Positions 25,069 through 32,000 of a DNA stretch of 32,000 nt are shown here, piece by piece. A program made the position numbers and the translations under genes. This DNA comes from an uncultured Actinomycetes bacterium. GTDB lineage: Bacteria > Actinomycetota > Acidimicrobiia > IMCC26256 > PALSA-610. The stretch is taken from the NCBI GenBank assembly GCA_963837155.1, contig CAWIMB010000002.1:3177526-3209525 (forward strand). The letters run 5' to 3'. The notes under the pieces were generated by a model, which did no database searches, had not been told where the DNA came from, and saw only the letters and a program-made list of their open reading frames with translations. Numbering within the stretch: the stretch's first letter is position 1; each line of letters starts with the position of its first letter.

Positions 25069-26445
25069 TCAGGCGCTCTTGCAGACTTCGTCGAACGCGT
25101 CCTGGAGGCACACGACGAGCGTGTCGGGGTCGGGTACCGCGGCCGGGTCGGTGCTGACGCCGACGTGGAGCTCGTCCATGTGCGAAATCAACGTCACGTT
25201 GACAGCAGCGCCCACGCGTGGCGAGTAGCCGAAGTTCTGCAGCGACCGCGCACCCGCGACGTAGATCGGGATCGGGCTGCCCGGAACATTGCTCGTGACG
25301 ACGTCGATACCGCGCATCACGTGCGAAACGACCGGCACGACGAACGCGCTCGGAACGCTGTTCAGCAGCCGTGCGATCGGGCTAGCGAACGGGAGGGCGC
25401 CCTCACTCCGTTGGGCCGCCGTCAGCTCGCGTATGAGCTCCATGCGAGCAATCGGATCATCGATGTTGATCGGCATCCGGAACCGCGTTGGCGCGAAGTG
25501 GTTTCCGAATCCAGCCGAGCTCCGCATGCTCACCGGCATTGCAAACCGCAGTTCCGGAACGTCGGCGCCGTGCTTCGCGTGATAGCGCCCCATACCGCCC
25601 GCGACACCCGCCATGAACACGGTATTGAGCTTCCCCTCCACGCGTCGAGCGGCCGCCTTCATCTCGTCGAGCGGCAGCACCAGCGCGTCGAAGCGGCTGC
25701 TCAGCGAACGCCCTCGCATCAACGGGCTGAGCGGGCCACCGCCTGGCGACGCGACTCGCGCCAGCGAGCGCGCCACGCCCGCGAACGACGTGATCGCATC
25801 AACGGGGTGAAGGCCGGCTCGTGCGACCGCTCCCGGTGCGCCCCGCACGAGGTTCACGAGCGCGCCGGCATCGGCGCGCACCGCCTCGGCGAGCAGCGTG
25901 AGTGTGGAATCGCCATCGGCGACCGGCGCGTCTGTGTCGGCAACCGGCTCCGACGCGTCCCGTTCGAAGTCGACGAACGTCAGCACGATGTCGAGCAGGC
26001 CGATTCCGTCGCCGAGCGAATGATGGATCTTCTGAATCGCCGCGGCACGACCATCGGCGAGCCCCTCGACGATGTGCGACTCCCACAGCGGGCGGGCCGG
26101 GTCGAATGGTCGCATCGCGAGGTGCGACGCATAGTCGAGCAGTTGCCGCATCCCGGCCGGTTCGCGCAGCCGCGTGTACTGCACGTGATAGTCGAGGTCG
26201 AAGTCGGCGGTGGTGCGCCACACCGGTGCCGCACCCGGTACCGGCGCACGGACCGGCACCTGATTGATGCGTGGCACGCGGCCGATGCCGCCGAGCACTT
26301 TTGTCCGGAAGCGTTCGTGGTCGGGCGCATGCTCCAAAAGCGCGACCTGGACGATCGTCGACCGAAGCATTGGCGATCGCTCGAGCCGCAACAACAGCGC
26401 GTCGGTCGGGCTCAGCCGGCGATTCGTGGCCTGCGTGTCAGTCAT
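25069..26445 (-). CDS. WS/DGAT paralogue 2
   Basis: 458 aa. LSPTDALLLRLE N-terminus and active-site HHSLGDG. Confidence 0.88.
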   Translation of the reverse strand: MTDTQATNRRLSPTDALLLRLERSPMLRSTIVQVALLEHAPDHERFRTKVLGGIGRVPRINQVPVRAPVPGAAPVWRTTADFDLDYHVQYTRLREPAGMRQLLDYASHLAMRPFDPARPLWESHIVEGLADGRAAAIQKIHHSLGDGIGLLDIVLTFVDFERDASEPVADTDAPVADGDSTLTLLAEAVRADAGALVNLVRGAPGAVARAGLHPVDAITSFAGVARSLARVASPGGGPLSPLMRGRSLSSRFDALVLPLDEMKAAARRVEGKLNTVFMAGVAGGMGRYHAKHGADVPELRFAMPVSMRSSAGFGNHFAPTRFRMPINIDDPIARMELIRELTAAQRSEGALPFASPIARLLNSVPSAFVVPVVSHVMRGIDVVTSNVPGSPIPIYVAGARSLQNFGYSPRVGAAVNVTLISHMDELHVGVSTDPAAVPDPDTLVVCLQDAFDEVCKSA

Positions 26446-26594
26446 GGCGAACCCTCACCCCCGCGGTGGGAGGGCCGTCAGTCTGTTCTCGACACCTTCG
26501 GCACGCAAGGTGGAAGCCGTTGGTACTGGCAAACAGAGGCGCCAATTCGTTAGCGTCCACTGCAGGACACCAGGCGGCAGCGGAGAGGGTTCAC

Positions 26595-28524
26595 GTGATC
26601 GACATCACGGCCCGAGCGGGAGCGCTGGCATCGCTACCGCTCTTTGCGGGGTTCGACGCCGGCGAAATCGCGACAGTCGCGGAACGATGCACGGAGCGAG
26701 AGCATCCGAAGGACGAGGTGCTCTGGCAGGCCGGTGACCCCGGCGACGAATTCATCGTGGTGATGTCCGGCGAGCTGTCGGTATGGCGCGGCGGCGACTC
26801 CTCCGAGGTCGTGGCACGCGTCGGTCCGGGTGAGTGCCTCGGCGAAATCGCGCTGCTCCTCGAGGAGCCGCGGTCGGCCACCGTCAGTTGTTCGCGGCCG
26901 TCCCGGCTGCTCGTGCTGGCGGGAGCGGACTTCCAAGAACTTTTGCGCGGCGACGCGCGTGCGTTGACCTACGTTTCCCAGCTCCTCGCCCGCCGGGTCG
27001 TCGCAACGACACGGGCGCGCGTTCGCGACCCGCAAGTCGACGTCGATCGGCGTCGTCGGAGACGACGGGACACCGGGCGCCACCCTCGTCGCCAATGCGA
27101 TCGCGGCGATCATCGCGTCGCTGACAAAAGGCCGCGTGCTCGTGGTGTCGTTGGGCGACGTCGGGAAGCAGCTTGACACGCTGACCGCGAACGGCGGCGG
27201 CGCGACGACATCGGTCATCGAACATCGACGGAACGGCGCTCCGGACCGGCTCGACGTCGCGCTTCCGGACGCGACAGATCCCGAGCATCTGGGACACGAG
27301 CTGACGACCTTGCTCGGCGCACTCGGCGAGTCATACCGCGCGGTCATCGTCGACTTCCCCTCGCATCGTGCGTGCACGATCGCAGCGGCCGCGTCGGCGT
27401 GTGACGACGCGGTGTCGGTGTCCTACAAGTTCGACGCCACGGTCACGGCAGCCGCGCCCCACAGCCGGATCCTGCGCGTGGTCAATCGCGCCGACCCGCG
27501 ATCGCGCCCCTTGCCGTTGAACCACTGCGAGCCGTTCATCTTGCCTCACGAGGTTTCGCTCACCGGCTTGCAAGGCGACGCGCTCGGGTCGTTCCTCCAG
27601 GACAACCCGTGGCTCCCGATAACCCGCACGCTCAATCGGCTGGCGCGCAAGATCCTCCGCACGACCATAGGTCTCGCGCTCGGTGGAGGTGCCGCGTTCG
27701 GCATCTCACACGTCGGTGTGATCGAAGTGCTCGACGAAGCCGGCATCCCGATCGACCTGATCGCGGGAACGAGTATGGGATCGATCGTCGGGCTCGGCTA
27801 TGCGGGCGGCATGACCGGTACCGCGATGCACGAGGTCGCGCGGCGACAGAGCAACCTCCCGACGGCGCTTCGCGCCCTCGACCTGTCGTTCTCCGGCTTG
27901 GGACTCATGAGTGGCCGCCGCCTCATCAAGACATTTGCGCATCTGCTGCCGATCGAGACCTTCGAGGATCTCACCCTGCCGTTCGTCGCAGTCGCGACCG
28001 ACGTCCAGACCGGTCTCGGCGTCACCATCGGCACCGGGCGCCTCGAGGACGCGTTCCGGGCGAGCTCGTCGATCCCGCTCCTGTTCGCACCCGCCGAACG
28101 AGACGGACGGATGCTCGTCGACGGCGCGATGGTCGACCCGGTCCCCGCCGACGTCGCGCGCGACATGGGTGCCGACATCGTGCTCGCAGTGAACGTCGTG
28201 CCGAAGCTCAACGGTGACATCCGTACGCCGCTGTCGAGGGCCTTCGGGTCGTTGAACCGATTCAACCCGCTGGCGCACCTGAACGGCACCGTCACCGCAC
28301 CCCACATCGTCGACATCCTCATGAACTCGTTCGTCGCGATCCAATACGAGCTCGGCAACTTCAAGGCTCTGACCGCCGATGTCCTCGTCAACGTCGACCT
28401 CGCCGACTTCACGTGGATCGACTTCACGTCCGCGGTCCCGATCGTCGAGCGCGGCGCGAAAGCAGCGAAGGCGTCGCTGCCCACGATCCGGGAGGCCTAC
28501 GAGCAACGCCTCGCCGGCGTATAG
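26595..28524 (+). pseudogene. cNMP-binding domain / degenerate ParA-MinD-like module / patatin phospholipase fusion, interrupted by one frameshift near 27015-27030
   Basis: GTG 26595 after GGAGAGGG. The cNMP cassette (GDPGDEFIVVMSGEL ... GECLGEIALLLEEPRSATVSC) is in frame 3. From about 27031, frame 1 reads RKSTSIGVVGDDGTPGATLVANAIAAIIASLTKGRVLVVSLGD..., then patatin motifs LALGGGAAFGISHVG, GTSMGS and VDGAM. The frame-3 tail (DVDRRRRRRRDTGRHPRRQ) is nonsense. Total length 1930 nt is not a multiple of 3. Confidence 0.75.
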
Positions 28525-28530
28525 CGCCGC

Positions 28531-29964
28531 CTACGCGGTGGGCGCCGCTTTCTCGAGCTCGGCCACGGCATCGTCGATGTAACCCGCGAGCTGCGCGACG
28601 TCGGGCAGAAGATCGGGACACACCTGGAAACCAAAGCTCACCGTGTCCAGATAGCTGACGACCGTGATGTTCAAGCCCATGCCCTCGATGAGCGGGCCCA
28701 TTGGCAACATCTGCGTGACGCGGCCGCCGGCGATCCAGAGCGGAAAATCGGGACCGCGCACGTTCGAGATCATGAGGTTGGCGATCGGAGGAACTCGCTC
28801 GGCGAGCCGGAGCGACGAGACCACATGCATCGCCGGGTTGATCGTCTTGGGCGGGAGCAGCGACGCAACCGACTGCAGCAGTTCGTGACCGCTCTGCTCG
28901 TAGAACTCCTTGGCCGAAGACGCGGTACGGGTTGTCGCAGCGACTCGCTCCACCGGGTCTTCGATGTGCACGGGGATGCCGTAGAACATCGTCGAGAACC
29001 GATTGCCCCCGTTGGGATCCTCGAGGCTGCGCTCGGAGATGGGAATCGCCGCAACCAGCGGACGGTTCGGCAGCTCGTCGTGATCGATGAGGTACAGACG
29101 CAACGCGCCGGCACACACTGCAATCAACAAGTCGTTCAGCGTCGCGCCATACGCGCGCCGGATCTCCTTGAGGCGCGACAACTCCACGGACGTGAACTCG
29201 ACGGTTCGTGGCGGTGTGAGCGCGTGGTTGAACGAAAGACGAGGACCGGTGAGCGGCAACGCAAGGTCGGGATCGCCCAGCCGCTGCGCGGCCTGCACCA
29301 GCATGCTCGCGACGCGCGGCGCCGACCGCACAAAATCGCGCGCCCACCGAAGACTTCCTCGCATCGACTCGCGCGCGCGATCTCCCGCCGTCAGGCTGTG
29401 CGGCTCGGGGAGGGGCGGTACTTCAACCTCGGGCGCGTGTGGTTCGAGGTCGAAGAATCCCGCGAGACTCCCGATACCGGATGTCCCGTCGAGCACCGCG
29501 TGGTGGACTTTGCAGATGACCGCGATACGCCCGTCTTCCAGTTCGTCGACGAGCCACATCTCCCAGAGGGGACGATCTCGTCGAAGCGGACGCGATGCGA
29601 TCTCGCCCGCGAGCCGTCCGAGCGCCTGAAGATCCTTCGGCTCGACGAGCACCGCTTGATGCATGTGGGGATCGACCGCGAGATCGGATTCGTCTTCCCA
29701 CACCGGGTTGGAGAATCCGGGAAGCGATTGCAACCGCCGGCAAAACATCTGGACCAGCGGCAAGCGGGCCTCGATGCGATCGCGCGCAACTCGGTAGTGC
29801 TGCGACTGCGGGATATCGGGGTCGGGTTCGATGAGCAGGATTGCGAGAATGTTCAGCTGCTGCGCATCGGTCTCGAGTGAAAGCAGCGCCGCGTCAAGGG
29901 TCGAGAGGTATTCAGCCGCCATGCGCCAAGCGTACGGAGCGGTGCCTCCCGCGGCAACCATCAC
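28531..29964 (-). CDS. WS/DGAT paralogue 3
   Basis: 477 aa. LSTLDAALLSLE N-terminus and active-site HHAVLDG. The start could also be ATG 29961 or 29922. Confidence 0.88.
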   Translation of the reverse strand: MMVAAGGTAPYAWRMAAEYLSTLDAALLSLETDAQQLNILAILLIEPDPDIPQSQHYRVARDRIEARLPLVQMFCRRLQSLPGFSNPVWEDESDLAVDPHMHQAVLVEPKDLQALGRLAGEIASRPLRRDRPLWEMWLVDELEDGRIAVICKVHHAVLDGTSGIGSLAGFFDLEPHAPEVEVPPLPEPHSLTAGDRARESMRGSLRWARDFVRSAPRVASMLVQAAQRLGDPDLALPLTGPRLSFNHALTPPRTVEFTSVELSRLKEIRRAYGATLNDLLIAVCAGALRLYLIDHDELPNRPLVAAIPISERSLEDPNGGNRFSTMFYGIPVHIEDPVERVAATTRTASSAKEFYEQSGHELLQSVASLLPPKTINPAMHVVSSLRLAERVPPIANLMISNVRGPDFPLWIAGGRVTQMLPMGPLIEGMGLNITVVSYLDTVSFGFQVCPDLLPDVAQLAGYIDDAVAELEKAAPTA

Positions 29965-29994
29965 GTCCCGGTTCCCGCTGGGGACAATTACCCA

Positions 29995-30696
29995 TCACAG
30001 ATCGGCGACGACGCCGAGATGTTGGACGCCGTGCACGCGCCCGAGCCCCTGCAAGTTGAGACTGCGAGTGCCCTGCACGACGATCCACGGGGCGAGCGTC
30101 TCGGCGGGATAGCCCATCGCGAGCAGCTCGCCGGGTCCCGCGGATTCGCAGAGGCGGGCCGCGAGGTTGATCGGACGGCCGATGTAGTCGTCGCCGTCGA
30201 GGATCAGCACGTTGCCGTGCGCGAAGCCGCCACGAAGCGACAACGGCTGCTTGGCGCTGCGAGCGACGATCTCGACCGCCGCGGCGATCGTCGGCCCCAC
30301 CTCGACGCCCACAATCATTGCGCCGTCACCGAGCCACTTGTCGACGCGCACACCGCGCCGAGCGGCTGTTTCACGGGTCACGCTCCGGAACGTGCGCAGC
30401 TCGTCGATCGCCGCATGCTCACCGTGCGTTGCCGTGAAGCTGGTGAAGCCACAGAGGTCCAGGAAGGCAAACGCGCGTGCGACCGTCGGGATGGATTCCG
30501 CGACGTAGTTCGGGTGCTCGATGCCGCTCGTGTGAGTGCCCGTACCGACGGTACCGACGGGAGCGCCACCTGCCTGGGTATTCGGCTGCGGCGCGAGACG
30601 GGCAAGCCACTCGTGCGCCGCATCGCGTGCGCGCGTGACTAACGAGTCCATGCTGTAGAACTCATCGTCACGCGCCTGCGCGTTCTGAGTGGACAT
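29995..30696 (-). CDS. class III adenylate cyclase, minimal single-domain form
   Basis: 233 aa. Metal Asp residues in FLDLCGFTSF and KWLGDGAMIV. Purine-specifying Lys (DKWLGD) and Asp (GDDYIGRPINLAARL), plus Asn/Arg of the transition-state motif. Lies 30 nt upstream of WS/DGAT 3 on the same strand. Confidence 0.85.
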   Translation of the reverse strand: MSTQNAQARDDEFYSMDSLVTRARDAAHEWLARLAPQPNTQAGGAPVGTVGTGTHTSGIEHPNYVAESIPTVARAFAFLDLCGFTSFTATHGEHAAIDELRTFRSVTRETAARRGVRVDKWLGDGAMIVGVEVGPTIAAAVEIVARSAKQPLSLRGGFAHGNVLILDGDDYIGRPINLAARLCESAGPGELLAMGYPAETLAPWIVVQGTRSLNLQGLGRVHGVQHLGVVADL

Positions 30697-31006
30697 TGCG
30701 AATCACCCTATGAGGGGCGCGTCCCTCGCTCGTGCACCGGCGTGTAAATCCCACGCGAACACGCGATGACCGGCGACGTCGCCTCGAAGCTTGCCGGACA
30801 CGCTGTCGCGTCCCTCGCCACGCGCGGTTCGACGGATCGGCTGATCCCGCGCTCCCGGCCCGGTTTTCAAGCCTTCGGCGCCCGCCGTCGATACCTCCCG
30901 GAGCAAGGACAGGATCGGCTTCGGGGGGAGCGAAATGGCACGATCCGGACCTTTTGCCATAGACTTTCCACCAACGGATGTCTGGTCCCATGGAAGGGGC
31001 GATCTG

Positions 31007-32000
31007 ATGCGTGGGGGACGCTGGCGGTTGCCGGTGGCGGTCGCGGCGATCTGCGCGACCGCGTTCGCCGTCTCGGGCGGCGCCGAGGGCGAGGCCGTCG
31101 CGAATGCGCACTTCAGCGCGGCGGGAACGATTGCGCTCCCCGGACGGGGCATGTCGCTCGCATGGTCACCGGCCGGTGACGCGCTCGCGACCGGCGGCCA
31201 CTTCAAGGACAAGCTGACCGGGCAGCGCTACGACACACGCACGGTCGACGTGCGCGGCATGCGTATGAACAAGTCGTTCGATTGCCACTACTGGTGGACG
31301 ATCGCGCATGCGTGGCAGCGCAACCCGTACATCGGCGACGTGATCGCGGACGGCGGTGGCGACCACGCGGTGAAGATCTGGCGCGCGAGCGGTTCGGGCA
31401 GCACGACGTGCTCGGGTCCGGGCCAGTTCCGCGTGGAAGACGGCGGCGTCAAAGCCTTGTACGACATCAACGGTTGGGTCACGTCACTCGCGTTCTCGCC
31501 CGACGGCCGCTATCTCGCGGCCGCGAGTCGCGACCGCACCGTTCGGATCTGGCAGATCTCGCCCGGCATCGATCAGTGGAAGGTTGTGCGGCTCTGGTAC
31601 GACAAGGCCGCGAAGCAGTACTTGTCAGTGCGTTGGTCTCCCGACGGTCGCCGGTTGGTCACGGGCGATCGCGCCGGCCGCGTCGCCGAGTGGTCGTTCG
31701 ATCCGATCGCAGATCGCTGGGATGCCACGACGATCGCAGCGTTCGCCAAGATGGGGTTCCACGGTCATCCATACTGGTTCTCGCAGAACGCCGCGCTGCT
31801 CGCGCCCAAGGTGTTGTGGAGCGAAGGCGGCCACAAAGAGATCTGGAACGCGCGCTACTCGCCCGACGGCAACCGGGTTGCCGCGGCGGGCACCGATGGC
31901 GTCTTGTCTGTCTACGAAGCACGCACCGGACGAGTCCTGTACCGCACGAGCGCGCCGACGACGCAGACCCCGGCACCGAAGCCGCACGCCCGGCGGCAGC
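31007..32000 (+). CDS. secreted WD40 / beta-propeller repeat protein (C-terminus beyond window)
   Basis: ATG 31007 lies 7 nt after GGAAGGGG. Signal peptide MRGGRWRLPVAVAAICATAFAVSGGAEG. WD-like repeats (GGDHAVKIWRA; VTSLAFSPDGRYLAAASRDRTVRIWQI; VRWSPDGRRLVTGDRAGRVAEWSF; ARYSPDGNRVAAAGTDGVLSVYEA). Open to the end of the window, hence missing from the ORF track. Confidence 0.75.
   Translation, partial: MRGGRWRLPVAVAAICATAFAVSGGAEGEAVANAHFSAAGTIALPGRGMSLAWSPAGDALATGGHFKDKLTGQRYDTRTVDVRGMRMNKSFDCHYWWTIAHAWQRNPYIGDVIADGGGDHAVKIWRASGSGSTTCSGPGQFRVEDGGVKALYDINGWVTSLAFSPDGRYLAAASRDRTVRIWQISPGIDQWKVVRLWYDKAAKQYLSVRWSPDGRRLVTGDRAGRVAEWSFDPIADRWDATTIAAFAKMGFHGHPYWFSQNAALLAPKVLWSEGGHKEIWNARYSPDGNRVAAAGTDGVLSVYEARTGRVLYRTSAPTTQTPAPKPHARRQ

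Noticed and set aside
26595-30696. Pycsar-like antiphage system (class III-type cyclase plus cNMP-binding effector, here with a patatin output)
   Set aside because: The cyclase keeps the Lys/Asp pair that specifies ATP in class III enzymes, which argues for ordinary cAMP rather than cCMP/cUMP. Cyclase and effector are not in one operon; a WS/DGAT sits between them in convergent orientation. cNMP-binding patatins are widespread housekeeping-type proteins in actinobacteria, and the surrounding genes are lipid metabolism. The idea survives only as the check noted in the cyclase finding.
30697-31006. Possible riboswitch or small RNA, or small ORFs (for example the 19-codon ATG at 30710), in the long cyclase/WD40 intergenic region
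   Set aside because: Only weak hairpins are visible (ATGGCA...TGCCAT around 30934-30958). I recognise no riboswitch core, and the small ORFs lack ribosome-binding sites. It is most simply a divergent promoter region.
1-32000. Mobile elements, prophage, CRISPR arrays, tRNA/rRNA genes
   Set aside because: I saw no transposase, integrase or recombinase-like ORF and no regularly spaced direct repeats. There are no long terminal inverted repeats, no cloverleaf-like or rRNA-like sequence, and no obvious compositional island. A computational scan (tRNAscan, Infernal, ISfinder) would be needed to be certain.

Overview
High-GC (roughly 70%) actinobacterial-type chromosomal segment. It is densely coding (about 30 genes) with no rRNA, tRNA, CRISPR array or recognisable mobile element. 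Left third: a nitrogen/ion module made of amt, an OmpR-type winged-helix protein, a CPA2 antiporter fused to a GlnD-like tail (degenerate HD plus two ACT domains, no glnK present) and nhaA. Ordinary redox and beta-oxidation genes follow (SDR, TIGR03084-like, acyl-CoA dehydrogenase, DUF488, enoyl-CoA hydratase). Middle: two small patatin-like phospholipases, a translationally coupled DUF2330-like/cupredoxin pair, and the most unusual gene of the window. That gene is a 728-aa single-pass membrane protein with a caspase-like domain, an EF-hand loop, a TIR domain, a proline-rich linker, a TM helix and an extracytoplasmic tail. It is preceded in frame by a 55-codon mini-ORF carrying a second TIR N-terminal signature, separated by a single TGA. 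Right half: an envelope glycosylation set (GT-C/GT39, methyltransferase, DUF2993-like protein, GT2) and a neutral-lipid island. The island holds three WS/DGAT paralogues, an MmpL transporter, a class III adenylate cyclase and two cNMP-binding proteins, one fused to a degenerate ParA/MinD-like module and a patatin domain. The window ends in a secreted WD40 protein. Window-wide caveat: at least nine apparent single-base frame changes occur (three compensating pairs inside long ORFs, three uncompensated). Either the assembly carries indel errors or several genes are decaying. All domain calls rest on motif recognition by eye; no searches were run.
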